Positions 10,985 through 23,766 are shown, numbered from the stretch's first letter. The stretch: 64,000 nucleotides of DNA from Escherichia coli (GCF_051903065.1 NZ_CP178438.1), one strand, 5' to 3'. The notes: a model not told the origin generated them from the sequence alone. Translations and numbers: made by a program.

Positions 10985-13665
10985 ATATCCTCATGAAATT
11001 CTTCAAGTTCAGGGGCAGTTTGCTGGGGAAGTGTAACACGAAAACAGGCACCACCTTCCGGTCGGTTGAACGCGGTAATAGTGCCCCCGTGTACATCCAC
11101 TATCGCCCGACAAATTGCCAGTCCAAGCCCTACCCCCGGTACTGCCGACTCTTTATTCCCGCGAGCAAACTTATCAAATATCGTCTGCTCCTGGCCTGGC
11201 GGAAGACCGGGGCCGTTATCCCAGACATCCAGTTGTAGATTTTCGCCCTCAACGTGGGCATCGATACCAATTTCGGCCTGCGCACCCGCATATTTCACCG
11301 CGTTCTCCAGCAGATTAATCAGCACCCGTTCAAAGAGTGGCCCGTCAACGTGGATTAAGGTCAGCGGTTCTGGCAGAGAAAGATTGATGGGCGACGATAA
11401 ACCCGGTTCCAGCATTTGCAGCGCGCTGCCGACTACTTCTTCCAGCGTTAACCACTCTTTCTTCAAATTAAAGCCGCCGGACTGAATTCGCGCCATATCC
11501 AGTAGATTATTCACCAGTCGGGTAGTGTTCAGCACATGCTGACGAATCTCGCTGGCCTGGCGGGCGTGGGGTGATCCTTCGCTTGCCAGATCGAGCGTTA
11601 AGATTTCTGCCTGACCAAACAGCACCGTAAGCGGAGTGCGTAAATCATGCGAAAGCGCCGCCAGCAGGGCGTTGCGGATCTGTTCACGTTCGCTTGCCAT
11701 CCGCGCCTGTTCTTCGCTGGCGGTCAGCGTCAGCCGCTCAAGGGCATTGGCGACTAACAGCGTAAACGTCTCCAGCAGGCGCTGCTGTTCCGGGATCATC
11801 AACTGACGCAGATTCCCCGGTTCCACCACCACCAACCCGTAGGTTTTCTCACCGCTTTTTAACGGCAAAATCTGGTACGGCACGCCGGGTAACGTGTCGG
11901 TGCCCGCACCCGCAGGCAGGCCTTTATCAAAACTCCACTGCGCGATGGCATCGTCCCACGGCGTCATTCCTTGCGGATGTGTTAACGGCTGCAATTTACC
12001 GTTGTCATCGGGCAACAACACCTGACTGCGGGCATGAAACGTGGAGGCAATAAATTGTTCGCTGGTGGCGGCGATGTCCTGCGGACTGCGGCCCACCGCC
12101 AGAGCTTTCGACATTTCATATAAGTGCCGTGTGCGTTGCTCGCGGTAACGGGCTACCCGTGCCTGATAACGCACACCCGCAGTAAGGTTCCCGATCACCA
12201 GCCCGACGGTTAACATCACCGCGAAGGTCAGCAGATATTGCACATCAGAGACGGCGAGCGTGCCGCGTGGGGCGATAAAAAAGAGATCGAAACTCACCAC
12301 ATTAATGACGGTAGCAACCACCGAAGGCCAGCGTCCATAAAATAGCGCCACCACCACCACGCCAAGTAGATACAGCATCACCAGGTTGGCGGCATCAAAC
12401 GCCATCAGCCACTGCATGGCAATTAAGGTGATAACGGCGCATAACGCGGCGGCAACCACGCATCCCTGAATCTGTACCCGCCACTTGTCTTTAAAAGAGC
12501 GGCTATCCGGCGCGTTGTTAATCGTGCGGGCGGGTGGTTCATCAAGCGCGACCAGCACCTGATCGAGATCGGGGGCGATGCGCGCCAGTCGGTCAGCAAA
12601 CGTTTCCCGACGCCACCAGCGGCGCGAGGCTGGGCGACCGAGAATAATCTTGCCGAGATTATGTTCACGGGCATAACGCACTACCGCTTTCTCTTCCGCT
12701 GGATCAGAAAGTGTTGCCGTCTCCGCGCCCAGCTCCTGCGCCAGACGTAAGGCGCTGAGAATTGCCCGACGTTTTTTCTCCGGTAAGCGATGCAGGGCAG
12801 GGGTTTCAACATACACCGCGTGCCAGACGCTCCCCAGCCGTGACGCCAGCCGCGCCGCCGCGCGGACCAGTTTTTCGCTGCCGGTGTTATGGCCGATGCA
12901 TAAAAGGATCGCGTCGCGCGTGTGCCAGACTTTCTCTTCGCCAGGATGCCCCCGCCAGGCGCGCATTTGCTCATCAACGCGATCGGCAGTACGGCGCAGT
13001 GCCAGTTCGCGCAGGGCGATCAGATTGCCTTTGCGGAAAAAATGTTCAATGGCGCGCTCCGCCTGCCCGGCAATATAGACTTTGCCTTCTTTTAGCCGCT
13101 GGCGCAGATCGTCCGGGGGCAAGTCCACCAGCACCACGTCGTCGGCGGCATCGAAAAAAGGATCGGGCACGGTTTCCCGTACCTGAATTCCGGTGACGCC
13201 GCTGACCACATCATTCAGACTTTCCAGATGCTGAACGTTGACGGTTGTGAAAACATCAATGCCAGCTTCCAGCAGTTCTTCGATATCCTGCCAGCGTTTG
13301 GGATGACGGGAACCTGGCGCATTACTGTGCGCCAGTTCGTCCATTAAGATCAGCGCCGGACGGCGGGCGAGGGCGGCATCGAGATCAAACTCGCTGATAT
13401 GCCGCCCACGGTACGCCTGGCGTTTCAGCGGCAGAACAGCCAGCCCTTCCAGCATTGCGGCGGTATCTTTCCGCCCGTGGGTTTCTACCACGCCAACCAC
13501 AATATCCAGCCCTTGCGCCCGCAGTCGCTGGGCTTCTGCCAGCATCGCCCAGGTCTTCCCGACGCCTGCGCAGGCACCGAAAAAAACTTTCAGCTTCCCC
13601 CGATGCGGCGCGGCAGTTTGTTCCAGTAGACGATCGGGGTCGGGACGTAAGGGTTCGTTATTCAT
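10981..13665 (-). CDS. kdpD: sensor histidine kinase KdpD
   Basis: Product from [16 protein letters not shown]... with Walker-A-like GACAGVGKT in the N-terminal domain and a C-terminal HisKA/HATPase domain (H-box LSHDLRTPL); the track ORF starts slightly upstream at 13698. Confidence 0.9.
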   Translation of the reverse strand: MNNEPLRPDPDRLLEQTAAPHRGKLKVFFGACAGVGKTWAMLAEAQRLRAQGLDIVVGVVETHGRKDTAAMLEGLAVLPLKRQAYRGRHISEFDLDAALARRPALILMDELAHSNAPGSRHPKRWQDIEELLEAGIDVFTTVNVQHLESLNDVVSGVTGIQVRETVPDPFFDAADDVVLVDLPPDDLRQRLKEGKVYIAGQAERAIEHFFRKGNLIALRELALRRTADRVDEQMRAWRGHPGEEKVWHTRDAILLCIGHNTGSEKLVRAAARLASRLGSVWHAVYVETPALHRLPEKKRRAILSALRLAQELGAETATLSDPAEEKAVVRYAREHNLGKIILGRPASRRWWRRETFADRLARIAPDLDQVLVALDEPPARTINNAPDSRSFKDKWRVQIQGCVVAAALCAVITLIAMQWLMAFDAANLVMLYLLGVVVVALFYGRWPSVVATVINVVSFDLFFIAPRGTLAVSDVQYLLTFAVMLTVGLVIGNLTAGVRYQARVARYREQRTRHLYEMSKALAVGRSPQDIAATSEQFIASTFHARSQVLLPDDNGKLQPLTHPQGMTPWDDAIAQWSFDKGLPAGAGTDTLPGVPYQILPLKSGEKTYGLVVVEPGNLRQLMIPEQQRLLETFTLLVANALERLTLTASEEQARMASEREQIRNALLAALSHDLRTPLTVLFGQAEILTLDLASEGSPHARQASEIRQHVLNTTRLVNNLLDMARIQSGGFNLKKEWLTLEEVVGSALQMLEPGLSSPINLSLPEPLTLIHVDGPLFERVLINLLENAVKYAGAQAEIGIDAHVEGENLQLDVWDNGPGLPPGQEQTIFDKFARGNKESAVPGVGLGLAICRAIVDVHGGTITAFNRPEGGACFRVTLPQQTAPELEEFHEDM

Positions 13666-14230
13666 CAAGTTTATCCAGCGCCAGATTGAGTTCGACAATG
13701 TTGACGACCGGCTGGCCGATATATTTCACCAGCGGTTGTTGGCTGTATTTTGCGATCAGTTGCGTGAGCTGTTCAACGCTGAGATTACGCGCTTTCGCTA
13801 CGCGTGGGATCTGCCAGGCCGCCGCTTGCGGGGTGATGTTATTGTCCAGCCCGCTTGCCGACGCCGTCACCAGTTCAACCGGAACGCTCGTGCTGGCATT
13901 CGGGTTAGCGGCCCGTAATGCAGCAACGCGTGCGGCTATTAGTTTATCCAGCTCAGGGTTACTGACCGCCAGATTGCTCCCGCCAGAAGCCTGTGGATTA
14001 TAAGGCATTTCTGCCGTTGCCGACGGGCGACCATGAAAATAGCCGTTGCCGGTAAAATTCTGCCCGATTAATGCCGAACCCCGCACCGTATCACCTTCAC
14101 GGATCAACGAACCGTTGGCCTGCCAGGGAAACCACCATTGCCCCAGCGCGGTGGTCAGCAGCGGGTAAACACCGCCAGTAATCAATAACAGAAAGATAAA
14201 TGTCGATAATGCCGGACGTAATCCACGCAT
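13658..14230 (-). CDS. kdpC: K+-transporting ATPase subunit C
   Basis: 190-aa product from internal Met ([23 protein letters not shown]...); the track ORF starts 8 codons upstream. Confidence 0.85.
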   Translation of the reverse strand: MRGLRPALSTFIFLLLITGGVYPLLTTALGQWWFPWQANGSLIREGDTVRGSALIGQNFTGNGYFHGRPSATAEMPYNPQASGGSNLAVSNPELDKLIAARVAALRAANPNASTSVPVELVTASASGLDNNITPQAAAWQIPRVAKARNLSVEQLTQLIAKYSQQPLVKYIGQPVVNIVELNLALDKLDE

Positions 14231-14238
14231 GGTAAACC

Positions 14239-16287
14239 TCACACCAGACCGCAAACGGTCAGTAGTAAATCAATGACTTTGATACCAATAAACGGCACCA
14301 GCAGCCCACCCAGACCGTAAATCCATAAGTTACGGCGCAACATGGCAGAAGCGGTAAGCGGTTTATAACTCACGCCTTTTAACGCCAGGGGAATCAAAAA
14401 GACGATAATCAAGGCGTTGAAAATGACCGCACTGAGAATGGCGGAGTCGGGCGAATGCAGGCGCATGATGTTCAGCGCATTTAACTGTGGATACGTTACC
14501 GCGAATGCCGCCGGAATAATGGCGAAGTATTTCGCCACATCGTTGGCAATGCTGAAGGTGGTCAGCGAGCCACGGGTCATCAGCATCTGTTTGCCAATAT
14601 GTACCACCTCGATCAACTTGGTCGGGTTAGAGTCGAGATCCACCATATTGCCCGCTTCTTTCGCCGCCTGAGTACCGGAGTTCATCGCCACCGCGACATC
14701 TGCCTGCGCCAGCGCCGGAGCATCGTTGGTGCCGTCGCCGGTCATTGCTACCAAACGGCCTTCCGCCTGATACTGACGGATCAATGCCAGCTTGGCCTCC
14801 GGTGTCGCTTCGGCGAGAAAATCATCGACGCCCGCTTCCGCGGCAATGGCGGCGGCAGTCAGACGGTTATCGCCGGTAATCATCACCGTTTTAATACCCA
14901 TTTTGCGCAGTTGGGCGAAGCGTTCTTTAATGCCGCCTTTGACGATATCTTTCAACGCAATAACGCCCAGCACACGAGAACCTTCTACTACTACCAGCGG
15001 TGTGGCCCCCTGACGCGCAACCTGATCGACTTTTTGATCAACATCGGCAGGGAAGTGACCACCGTTAGCCTCAACATGGCGGCGAATGGCATCGACAGAA
15101 CCTTTACGGATCATGCGGTTGTCGATATTGATCCCGCTCATCCGGCTTTGCGCAGTAAACGGTACAAAGGTGGCATGGAGCGACTGCACATCGCGCTCGC
15201 GCAGGTTAAAACGCTGCTTGGCGAGGATCACAATACTGCGGCCTTCCGGCGTTTCATCAGCCAGCGAAGCCAGTTGTGCGGCGTCAGCCAGCGTTTTTTC
15301 ATCCACGCCCTGCGCAGGGATAAACTCCGATGCCTGACGGTTACCGAGTGTGATGGTGCCGGTTTTATCCAGCAGCAGAACGTCAACGTCACCTGCCGCT
15401 TCAACTGCACGTCCGCTGGTGGCAATCACATTCGCGCCCAGCATCCGACTCATCCCGGCGACGCCGATCGCTGACAACAGGCCGCCAATAGTGGTTGGGA
15501 TCAGACAGACCAGCAGCGCCACCAGTACCGTTACGCTGACTGCATTACCGCCCCACGCGGAAAACGGCCACAGCGTGGCGGTTGCCAGTAAAAAGACGAT
15601 AGTCAGGGCAATCAGCAGGATGGTCAGGGCAATCTCGTTCGGCGTTTTGCGTCGCTGTGCGCCTTCCACCATCGCGATCATCCGATCCAGAAATGTCTCG
15701 CCGGGGTTAACGCTACACTCAATCACCAGCCAGTCAGAAAGAATACGCGTGCCGCCGGTGACGGAGGCAAAATCGCCGCCGGATTCACGGATCACCGGTG
15801 CCGATTCCCCGGTGATGGCGCTTTCATCGACCGATGCGCCGCCTTCAATAACTTCACCATCGCAGGGGATAATATCGCCTGCTTCTACCAGTACGATATC
15901 GCCTTTACGCAGTTGATCGGCGGGAACTTTGTCCGCCGCAGCGCCATATTTCGGTTCGCGCAGCTTGCGGGCAAAGGCCGTTTTTTTCACCCCTTTCAGG
16001 CTGTTGGCCTGCGCTTTACTGCGGCCTTCTGCCAGCGCCTCGGCGAAATTAGCGAACAGTACGGTGACCCACAGCCAGCCGCTAATGGCCACGCTAAACA
16101 GCGCATTGCCAGGCATCGCGCCGCTTGCCATCGCGATGCTAATACAGGTGGTCAGCAGACTGCCGATCCAGACGATAAACATCACCGGATTGCGCCATTG
16201 CGCCTGCGGGTTTAATTTTTTCACCGCTTCTTTCAGCGCCTGAACGACAAGTGTTGGTTCGAATAGCGCCAGTTGTTTACGACTCAT
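14239..16287 (-). CDS. kdpB: K+-transporting P-type ATPase subunit B
   Basis: 682-aa ORF with P-type ATPase phosphorylation motif DKTGT and hinge motif GDGTND. Confidence 0.95.
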   Translation of the reverse strand: MSRKQLALFEPTLVVQALKEAVKKLNPQAQWRNPVMFIVWIGSLLTTCISIAMASGAMPGNALFSVAISGWLWVTVLFANFAEALAEGRSKAQANSLKGVKKTAFARKLREPKYGAAADKVPADQLRKGDIVLVEAGDIIPCDGEVIEGGASVDESAITGESAPVIRESGGDFASVTGGTRILSDWLVIECSVNPGETFLDRMIAMVEGAQRRKTPNEIALTILLIALTIVFLLATATLWPFSAWGGNAVSVTVLVALLVCLIPTTIGGLLSAIGVAGMSRMLGANVIATSGRAVEAAGDVDVLLLDKTGTITLGNRQASEFIPAQGVDEKTLADAAQLASLADETPEGRSIVILAKQRFNLRERDVQSLHATFVPFTAQSRMSGINIDNRMIRKGSVDAIRRHVEANGGHFPADVDQKVDQVARQGATPLVVVEGSRVLGVIALKDIVKGGIKERFAQLRKMGIKTVMITGDNRLTAAAIAAEAGVDDFLAEATPEAKLALIRQYQAEGRLVAMTGDGTNDAPALAQADVAVAMNSGTQAAKEAGNMVDLDSNPTKLIEVVHIGKQMLMTRGSLTTFSIANDVAKYFAIIPAAFAVTYPQLNALNIMRLHSPDSAILSAVIFNALIIVFLIPLALKGVSYKPLTASAMLRRNLWIYGLGGLLVPFIGIKVIDLLLTVCGLV

Positions 16288-16309
16288 ATTCAGTGCTCAC
16301 TCAATATCA

Positions 16310-17983
16310 TCAGGAGAGATATTCCGCCACCGGACCAAGCGCCAGGGCAGGGATAAAGGTCAGTGCGCCAACCAGCAACACGGTGCCGATTAACAGGCCA
16401 ACAAACAGCGGGCCGTGCGTTGGCAGCGTGCCGGAGCTGGCGGGTTGGCTCTTTTTACTCACCAGCGAACCGGCAATTGCCATCACCGGGATAATCACCC
16501 CGAAGCGACCGACAAACATGCAGAACGCCAGTAAACAGTTCCAGAACGGAGAGTTGGCGCTTAATCCGGCAAAGGCGCTGCCGTTGTTGTTAGCGGCGGA
16601 TGACACGGCGTACAGCACTTCGCTAAAACCATGCGGGCCAGGGTTGAGCATGGCGCTACGTCCGGCGTCGGTCATCATTGCCAGCGCCGCGCCCATCAGC
16701 ACCAGCGTCGGGGTGACCAGAATCGCCAGTGCAGTCAGTTTCATCTCACGTACGTCGATTTTTTTACCCAGATATTCCGGTGTACGACCAATCATCAGCC
16801 CGGCAATAAACACCGCCAGCAGGACAAACAGCATCATGCCGTAAAGACCAGAACCGACACCGCCGAATACCACTTCACCAATTTGCATCAGCCACATCGG
16901 CACCATGCCACCGAGAGCGGTAAACGAATCATGCATCGCAATCACCGCGCCACAGGACGCCGCCGTAGTCACGACCGCAAACAGGCTACTGACCAGCACG
17001 CCGAAACGGCTCTCTTTACCTTCCATATTGATGCTGCTGTCTGCGCCGAGCGCCAGCAGATGAGGATTACCCTGAACTTCTGCCCACATCACCACGCCTA
17101 CGCAGATGACAAAAATCACTGACATCGCCCACAGCAACATGCGCCCCTGGCGGCGATCGCCCGTCACTTCACCAAAGGCAAAGCACAGCGCTGTTGGGAT
17201 CAAGAAGATCGCCAGCATCTGCACGAAGTTGGTCAGTGCGGTTGGGTTTTCAAACGGATGCGACGAGTTGGCATTAAAGAAGCCACCGCCGTTAGTACCG
17301 AGCATCTTGATCGCTTCCTGAGAAGCCACCGGACCCATTGGTAACAGCTGTTGCGCTCCTTCAACGGTATTCACTGCCTGATAGGGCAGAAAGTTTTGCA
17401 GCGCACCTTGTTGAATAAAAAACAGTGCGATCACCAACGCCACAGGGACGAGCACCCATAACGTGATGCGTAGCAGATCGACCCAGGCATTCCCGAGTGT
17501 GCTCATGCTCTGGCGGGTAAATGCACGGATGAAGGCAAAAATCACCGCAATCCCGCTGGCGGCAGAAAGAAAGTTTTGCACTGTTAAGCCCGCCATCTGG
17601 CTGAAATAGCTCAACGTGGTTTCACCGCTATAAGATTGCCAGTTGGTATTCGTGACAAAGCTGACGGCGGTATTCAGCGCCAGATCCCACGACAGCCCCG
17701 GCAACTGCTGTGGATTAAGCGGCAGATAGTGCTGACCGAGCAACATAAAAAACAGCACCGCCAGCCCCAGCATGTTCAGGCCGAGAATGGCACAAAGATA
17801 TTGCTTCCAGTTCATCTCATGGTCAGAGACGCCAGGTAAACGAAAGAGTATACGTTCAACGCCCGCTGTACCTGGAAGAGGAATGTCATTAATCAGCCGC
17901 GCCAGCCCGCTGCCTAAAGGACGCGCCAGCACCATTAACACCAGTAAAAACGTGGCGATCAGTAAGAACCCTTGCGCAGCCAT
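16310..17983 (-). CDS. kdpA: K+-transporting ATPase subunit A
   Basis: Polytopic membrane protein from [24 protein letters not shown]...; start chosen at internal Met, and the ATG overlaps the kdpF stop (ATGA). Confidence 0.9.
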   Translation of the reverse strand: MAAQGFLLIATFLLVLMVLARPLGSGLARLINDIPLPGTAGVERILFRLPGVSDHEMNWKQYLCAILGLNMLGLAVLFFMLLGQHYLPLNPQQLPGLSWDLALNTAVSFVTNTNWQSYSGETTLSYFSQMAGLTVQNFLSAASGIAVIFAFIRAFTRQSMSTLGNAWVDLLRITLWVLVPVALVIALFFIQQGALQNFLPYQAVNTVEGAQQLLPMGPVASQEAIKMLGTNGGGFFNANSSHPFENPTALTNFVQMLAIFLIPTALCFAFGEVTGDRRQGRMLLWAMSVIFVICVGVVMWAEVQGNPHLLALGADSSINMEGKESRFGVLVSSLFAVVTTAASCGAVIAMHDSFTALGGMVPMWLMQIGEVVFGGVGSGLYGMMLFVLLAVFIAGLMIGRTPEYLGKKIDVREMKLTALAILVTPTLVLMGAALAMMTDAGRSAMLNPGPHGFSEVLYAVSSAANNNGSAFAGLSANSPFWNCLLAFCMFVGRFGVIIPVMAIAGSLVSKKSQPASSGTLPTHGPLFVGLLIGTVLLVGALTFIPALALGPVAEYLS

Positions 17984-18072
17984 CAGAACGCCTCCGCATT
18001 GATCAGGGCATAAACCAGATAACCCAGTAATAAAAACACCAGCAATACGCCGGTTATCACGCCTGCACTCAC
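17983..18072 (-). CDS. kdpF: K+-transporting ATPase small subunit F
   Basis: 29-codon hydrophobic ORF ([30 protein letters not shown]) with apparent GTG start preceded by ggagg; stop overlaps kdpA start. Confidence 0.65.
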
Positions 18073-18145
18073 AGTGCACCTCCAGTGGCCTAAAAGTGAT
18101 ACCGGAAGGGTAGAATTCTGGCTGCAAAGATTTCGCAAAAATCTG

Positions 18146-18175
18146 CGGGCGGGGTGTAAAAAAAGTATAAAAATG
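18146..18175 (-). promoter_or_regulatory. KdpE operator of the kdpFABC promoter
   Basis: Reverse complement reads CATTTTTATACTTTTTTTACACCCCGCCCG, which matches the KdpE-binding sequence as I recall it from the KdpE-DNA literature; it lies about 75-100 bp upstream of kdpF. Confidence 0.7.
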
Positions 18176-18383
18176 GCAAAAGCCATGATTTAACTAATGT
18201 TTAGTATTAATTTAACTTTTGTGTAACTTAATTACACGGTGAATGTAAATAAACCATCAATAAGCAAAAATAAGTGGTCGGATGAGTAGTAAAATTACAC
18301 AAAAGGCGGTACTATTTTCATCAGATAAACAAATTCATTTTCCGGTGCCATTCACCGGGTAGATACAAAAGGGGGAGAAAAGT

Positions 18384-18590
18384 ATGGAACTCTACAGAGA
18401 ATATCCTGCATGGCTTATCTTTTTACGCCGTACTTATGCGGTTGCAGCGGGCGTTCTGGCGCTGCCTTTCATGCTTTTCTGGAAAGACCGCGCCCGCTTT
18501 TACAGCTACCTGCATCGCGTCTGGTCGAAAACCAGCGATAAACCGGTGTGGATGGATCAGGCCGAAAAGGCAACTGGTGATTTTTACTGA
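18384..18590 (+). CDS. ybfA: small inner-membrane protein YbfA (DUF2517)
   Basis: 68-aa [38 protein letters not shown]...; position between kdp and rhs as in E. coli. Confidence 0.8.
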
Positions 18591-18615
18591 TTGCTGAGTT
18601 CTGAATACATTGAAA

Positions 18616-18645
18616 ACCGCCAGCAGAAACGCTGGCGGTTTTTTG
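18616..18645 (+). terminator. rho-independent terminator after ybfA
   Basis: Stem accgccagc/gctggcggt, loop agaaac, then TTTTTT. Confidence 0.7.
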
Positions 18646-18832
18646 TATCAGGAAGATGTTCAGAGGAATATTTAGACACCGTTATACCAATCGAAACATA
18701 TATTCATGAAATATATATAAATATTTTCCTAATTGTTTCTATCTGACGGATATCTCACTTAAGGCTTTCTTATAAATCTGTAGGGTTTTGCCTGTCAGCG
18801 GACAAATAACCCGATAATACAAGGATGAGCAG

Positions 18833-21800
18833 ATGAGCGGAAAACCGGCGGCGCGTCAGGGCGACATGACGCAGTATGGCGGTAGCATTGTCCAGGGTTC
18901 AGCCGGGGTGCGCATCGGTGCCCCCACCGGCGTGGCCTGTTCGGTGTGCCCCGGCGGGGTGACGTCCGGCCATCCGGTCAATCCGCTGCTGGGTGCAAAG
19001 GTCCTTCCCGCTGAAACCGACATCGCCCTGCCCGCCCCGCTGCCGTTCATTCTCTCCCGCACCTACAGCAGTTACCGGACAAAAACGCCCGCGCCGGTGG
19101 GGAGCCTCGGCCCCGGCTGGAAAATGCCTGCGGATATCCGCTTACAGCTGCGCGATAACACACTGATACTCAGTGATAACGGCGGCAGAAGCCTGTATTT
19201 TGAGCACCTGTTTCCCGGTGAGGACGGTTACAGCCGCAGCGAGTCACTGTGGCTGGTGCGCGGCGGCGTGGCGAAACTGGATGAAGGTCACCGGCTGGCC
19301 GCACTCTGGCAGGCGCTGCCGGAAGAGCTTCGCCTGAGTCCGCATCGTTATCTGGCGACAAACAGTCCGCAGGGGCCGTGGTGGCTGCTCGGCTGGTGTG
19401 AGCGGGTGCCGGAAGCGGATGAGTTGCTGCCTGCGCCGCTGCCGCCGTACCGGGTACTGACCGGGCTGGTGGACCGCTTCGGGCGCACACAGACGTTCCA
19501 CCGCGAAGCCGCCGGTGAATTCAGCGGCGAAATCACCGGCGTGACGGATGGTGCCGGGCGTCACTTCCGGCTGGTACTGACCACGCAGGCGCAGCGGGCA
19601 GAAGAAGCCCGGCAGCAGGCCTCTTCCGGCGGGACGGAACCGTCCGCTTTTCCTGATACCCTGCCGGGTTACACCGAATATGGCCGGGACAACGGCATCC
19701 GTCTGTCTGCCGTGTGGCTGACGCACGACCCGGAATACCCGGACAACCTGCCAGCCGCGCCGCTGGTGCGCTATGGCTGGACGCCACGCGGCGAACTGGC
19801 GGCAGTGTATGACCGCAGCAATACACAGGTGCGCAGCTTTACTTACGATGATAAATACCGGGGCCGGATGGTGGCGCACCGTCACACGGGCCGACCGGAA
19901 ATCCGTTACCGTTACGACAGCGACGGGCGGGTGACAGAGCAGCTTAACCCGGCGGGCTTAAGCTACACCTACTGTTATGAGCAAAACCGCATCACCATCA
20001 CCGACAGCCTGGACCGCCGTGAAGTGCTGCACACGCAGGGCGAAGGCGGGCTGAAGCGGGTGGTGAAAAAGGAACACGCGGACGGCAGCGTCACGCAGAG
20101 TCAGTTTGATGCGGTGGGCAGGCTTAAGGCACAGACGGATGCCGCAGGCCGGACAACAGAATACAGCCCGGATGTGGTGACGGGACTCATCACGCGCATC
20201 ACCACACCGGATGGCAGGGCATCGGCATTTTACTATAACCACCACAGCCAGTTAACGTCAGCCACCGGGCCTGACGGGCTGGAATTGCGCCGGGAATATG
20301 ATGAATCCGGCCGTCTGATTCAGGAAACCGCCCCTGACGGCGATATCACCCGCTACCGTTATGATAATCCACACAGTGACTTACCCTGCGCAACGGACGA
20401 TGCCACCGGCAGCCGGAAAACCATGACGTGGAGCCGTTACGGCCAGTTGCTGAGCTTCACCGACTGTTCCGGTTATGTAACCCGTTATGACCATGACCGT
20501 TTCGGGCAGATGACGGCGGTGCACCGCGAGGAAGGGCTGAGTCAGTACCGCGCATACGACAGCCGTGGACAGTTAATTGCGGTGAAAGACATGCAGGGCC
20601 ATGAAATGCGGTATGAATACAACGCCGCCGGTGACCTGACCGCCGTCATTGCTCCGGACGGCAGCAGAAACGGGACACAGTACGATGCGTGGGGAAAGGC
20701 CATCCGTACCACGCAGGGCGGGCTGACGCGCAGTATGGAATACGATGCTGCCGGACGGGTCATCCGCCTGACCAGTGAAAACGGCAGCCATACCACCTTC
20801 CGTTACGATGTACTCGACCGGCTGATACAGGAAACCGGCTTTGACGGCCGCACACAGCGTTATCACCACGACCTGACCGGCAAACTTATCCGCAGCGAGG
20901 ATGAGGGGCTGGTCACCCACTGGCACTATGACGAAGCAGACCGCCTCACGCACCGCACCGTGAATGGCGAAACCGCAGAGCGGTGGCAGTATGACGAACG
21001 CGGCTGGCTGACAGACATCAGCCATATCAGCGAAGGGCACCGGGTGACGGTGCATTACGGGTATGATGAGAAAGGCCGGCTGACCGGTGAGCGTCAGACG
21101 GTGCATCACCCGCAGACGGAAGCACTGCTCTGGCAGCATGAGACCAGACACGCTTACAACGCGCAGGGACTGGCGAACCGCTGTATACCGGACAGCCTGC
21201 CCGCCGTGGAATGGCTGACCTACGGCAGCGGCTGGCTGTCAGGCATGAAGCTCGGCGACACACCGCTGGTGGATTTCACCCGCGACCGCCTGCACCGGGA
21301 AACGCTGCGCAGCTTCGGCCATTATGAACTCACCACCGCTTATACCCCTGCCGGGCAGTTACAGAGCCAGCACCTGAACAGCCTGCAGTATGACCGCGAT
21401 TACACCTGGAACGACAACGGCGAACTCATCCGCATCAGCAGCCCGCGCCATACCCGGAGTTACAGCTACAGCAACTCCGGCAGGCTGACCGGCGTTCACA
21501 CCACCACCTCAACTCTGGATATCCGCATCCCGTATGCCACGGACCCGGCAGGTAACCGCCTGCCCGACCCGGAGCTGCACCCGGACAGCACCCTCAGCAT
21601 GTGGCCGGATAACCGTATCGCCCGTGACGCGCACTATCTTTACCGGTATGACCGTCACGGCAGACTGACAGAGAAAACCGACCTCATCCCGGAAGGGGTT
21701 ATCCGCACGGATGATGAGCGCACCCACCGGTACCATTACGACAGTCAGCACCGGCTGGTGCACTACACGCGGACACAATATGCAGAGCCGCTGGTCGAAA

Positions 21801-23032
21801 GCCGCTATCTTTACGACCCGCTGGGCCGCAGGGTGGCAAAACGGGTATGGCGACGTGAACGGGACCTGACGGGCTGGATGTCGCTGTCACGGAAACCGCA
21901 AGTGACCTGGTACGGCTGGGATGGCGACCGCCTGACCACGATACAGAACGACAGAACCCGCATCCAGACGATTTATCAGCCGGGGAGCTTCACACCACTC
22001 ATCAGAGTTGAAACTGCCACCGGTGAACTGGCCAGAACGCAGCGCCGCAGCCTGGCGGATGCCCTTCAGCAGTCCGGCGGTGAAGACGGTGGCAGTGTGG
22101 TGTTCCCGCCGGTGCTGGTGCAGATGCTCGACCGGCTGGAAAGTGAAATCCTGGCTGACCGGGTGAGTGAGGAAAGTCGCCGCTGGCTGGCATCGTGCGG
22201 CCTGACGGTGGAGCAGATGCAAAACCAGATGGACCCGGTGTACACGCCGGCGCGAAAAATCCACCTGTACCACTGCGACCATCGCGGCCTGCCGCTGGCG
22301 CTTATCAGTGCGGAAGGGGCTACAGAATGGTGCGCAGAATACGATGAATGGGGCAACCTGCTGAATGAAGAGAACCCGCAACAGCTGCAGCAGCTCATCC
22401 GCCTGCCGGGTCAGCAGTATGATGAGGAGTCCGGCCTGTATTACAATCGCCACCGCTATTATGACCCGCTGCAGGGGAGGTATATCACTCAGGATCCGAT
22501 TGGGCTGAAGGGGGGATGGAATTTTTATCAGTATCCGTTGAATCCGGTTCAGTATATAGATTCAATGGGACTGGCATCAAAATATGGACACTTAAATAAT
22601 GGCGGATATGGAGCGAGACCCAACAAACCGCCTACGCCCGATCCAAGTAAATTGCCAGACATAGCGAAACAATTAAGACTGCCATATCCTATTGACCAGG
22701 CCAGTAGTGCGCCTAATGTTTTCAAAACATTCTTCAGAGCATTAAGCCCTTACGACTACACACTGTATTGCAGGAAGTGGGTAAAACCAAATCTGACTTG
22801 TACGCCACAGGATGATCCCCAGTATCCAGGGATGGATACAAAGACAGCAAGTGATTACCTGCCACAGACAAATTGGCCAACAACTCAATTACCACCAGGA
22901 TATACTTGTGCAGAACCCTATTTATTCCCAGACATTAATAAACCCGATGGGCCAGCAACAGCAGGGATAGATGATTTGGGTGAAATTTTAGCTAAAATGA
23001 AACAGAGAACATCGAGAGGAATAAGAAAATGA
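18833..23032 (+). CDS. rhsC: Rhs-family polymorphic toxin (rhsC-type): GC-rich YD-repeat core plus AT-rich variable C-terminal toxin domain
   Basis: 1399-aa ORF with many YD/RHS repeats (…YRYD…GR…), a core-end motif …[39 protein letters not shown], and a compositionally distinct tail; sits between ybfA and ybgA. Confidence 0.9.
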   Translation: MSGKPAARQGDMTQYGGSIVQGSAGVRIGAPTGVACSVCPGGVTSGHPVNPLLGAKVLPAETDIALPAPLPFILSRTYSSYRTKTPAPVGSLGPGWKMPADIRLQLRDNTLILSDNGGRSLYFEHLFPGEDGYSRSESLWLVRGGVAKLDEGHRLAALWQALPEELRLSPHRYLATNSPQGPWWLLGWCERVPEADELLPAPLPPYRVLTGLVDRFGRTQTFHREAAGEFSGEITGVTDGAGRHFRLVLTTQAQRAEEARQQASSGGTEPSAFPDTLPGYTEYGRDNGIRLSAVWLTHDPEYPDNLPAAPLVRYGWTPRGELAAVYDRSNTQVRSFTYDDKYRGRMVAHRHTGRPEIRYRYDSDGRVTEQLNPAGLSYTYCYEQNRITITDSLDRREVLHTQGEGGLKRVVKKEHADGSVTQSQFDAVGRLKAQTDAAGRTTEYSPDVVTGLITRITTPDGRASAFYYNHHSQLTSATGPDGLELRREYDESGRLIQETAPDGDITRYRYDNPHSDLPCATDDATGSRKTMTWSRYGQLLSFTDCSGYVTRYDHDRFGQMTAVHREEGLSQYRAYDSRGQLIAVKDMQGHEMRYEYNAAGDLTAVIAPDGSRNGTQYDAWGKAIRTTQGGLTRSMEYDAAGRVIRLTSENGSHTTFRYDVLDRLIQETGFDGRTQRYHHDLTGKLIRSEDEGLVTHWHYDEADRLTHRTVNGETAERWQYDERGWLTDISHISEGHRVTVHYGYDEKGRLTGERQTVHHPQTEALLWQHETRHAYNAQGLANRCIPDSLPAVEWLTYGSGWLSGMKLGDTPLVDFTRDRLHRETLRSFGHYELTTAYTPAGQLQSQHLNSLQYDRDYTWNDNGELIRISSPRHTRSYSYSNSGRLTGVHTTTSTLDIRIPYATDPAGNRLPDPELHPDSTLSMWPDNRIARDAHYLYRYDRHGRLTEKTDLIPEGVIRTDDERTHRYHYDSQHRLVHYTRTQYAEPLVESRYLYDPLGRRVAKRVWRRERDLTGWMSLSRKPQVTWYGWDGDRLTTIQNDRTRIQTIYQPGSFTPLIRVETATGELARTQRRSLADALQQSGGEDGGSVVFPPVLVQMLDRLESEILADRVSEESRRWLASCGLTVEQMQNQMDPVYTPARKIHLYHCDHRGLPLALISAEGATEWCAEYDEWGNLLNEENPQQLQQLIRLPGQQYDEESGLYYNRHRYYDPLQGRYITQDPIGLKGGWNFYQYPLNPVQYIDSMGLASKYGHLNNGGYGARPNKPPTPDPSKLPDIAKQLRLPYPIDQASSAPNVFKTFFRALSPYDYTLYCRKWVKPNLTCTPQDDPQYPGMDTKTASDYLPQTNWPTTQLPPGYTCAEPYLFPDINKPDGPATAGIDDLGEILAKMKQRTSRGIRK
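22576..23032 (+). other. variable C-terminal toxin domain of the Rhs protein (about 150 aa, no recognisable catalytic motif)
   Basis: Begins just after the DPIGL…DSMGL core boundary; codon usage switches abruptly from GC-rich to AT-rich; Pro/Cys-containing sequence with no HNH/nuclease/deaminase motif that I can recognise. Confidence 0.6.
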
Positions 23033-23598
23033 AAAGAGTTTTGTTCTTTTTGCTGATGATATTTGTTAGTTTTGGTGTTATAGCTGATTGCGAAATACAA
23101 GCTAAAGATCATGATTGTTTTACTATTTTCGCTAAGGGTACTATTTTTTCCGCGTTTCCTGTCTTAAATAATAAAGCCATGTGGAAATGGTATCAGAATG
23201 AGGACATCGGTGAGTATTATTGGCAAACAGAACTGGGTACATGTAAAAATAATAAATTCACACCAAACGGGGCGAGACTCTTAATTCGCGTCGGGTCACT
23301 ACGCCTTAATGAAAATCATGCCATCAAAGGAACGTTGCAGGAGTTGATAAATACAGCAGAAAAAACGGCGTTTCTCGGCGATCGGTTTAGAAGTTATATA
23401 AGAGCGGGTATCTATCAAAAAAAGAGCAGTGATCCAGCTCAGTTGTTGGCAGTCCTTGATAATTCAATCATGGTTAAATATTTTAAAGATGAGAAGCCAA
23501 CTTATGCTCGAATGACAGCACATCTCCCGAACAAAGATGAGTCTTACGAATGTTTAACAAAAATACAGCATGAACTGCTTCGTAGTGAAGAAAAATAA
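23029..23598 (+). CDS. putative cognate Rhs immunity protein with N-terminal signal-peptide-like segment
   Basis: 189-aa AT-rich ORF whose ATG overlaps the rhs stop (ATGA at 23029-23032); N-terminus [19 protein letters not shown] looks like a Sec signal peptide; same size as K-12 ybfC as I recall it, but identity not verified. Confidence 0.6.
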   Translation: MKRVLFFLLMIFVSFGVIADCEIQAKDHDCFTIFAKGTIFSAFPVLNNKAMWKWYQNEDIGEYYWQTELGTCKNNKFTPNGARLLIRVGSLRLNENHAIKGTLQELINTAEKTAFLGDRFRSYIRAGIYQKKSSDPAQLLAVLDNSIMVKYFKDEKPTYARMTAHLPNKDESYECLTKIQHELLRSEEK

Positions 23599-23619
23599 AA
23601 CATCTTCCTGAGAGAATAA

Positions 23620-23757
23620 ATTAACCATTCGGGAAAACATGTTCTTAATGGATATCCAGGTACACCAGAAGGTCGATTTGGAAAAATGGATTCCGATGGT
23701 AAGAATATCATATATTCTGAATGTAATGTTTTACCCACAACTTTTGAGATTCGATAG
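23620..23757 (+). pseudogene. orphan toxin C-terminal remnant (no start codon)
   Basis: Open frame without an initiator encoding …NHSGKHVLNGYPGTPEGRFGKMDSDGKNIIYSECNVLPTTFEIR, ending 9 nt before the next small ORF; this arrangement is typical of orphan toxin-tip/immunity cassettes downstream of rhs genes. Confidence 0.4.
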
Positions 23758-23766
23758 GTGTAGAAC

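Noticed and set aside
14599-15474. 291-aa plus-strand ORF inside kdpB (antisense)
   Set aside because: kdpB on the minus strand carries the P-type ATPase signature motifs; the plus-strand ORF is a shadow frame.
19244-21151. Several 60-213-aa ORFs antisense to the Rhs core
   Set aside because: The GC-rich repetitive rhs core generates open frames on all strands; the sense frame encodes canonical YD repeats.
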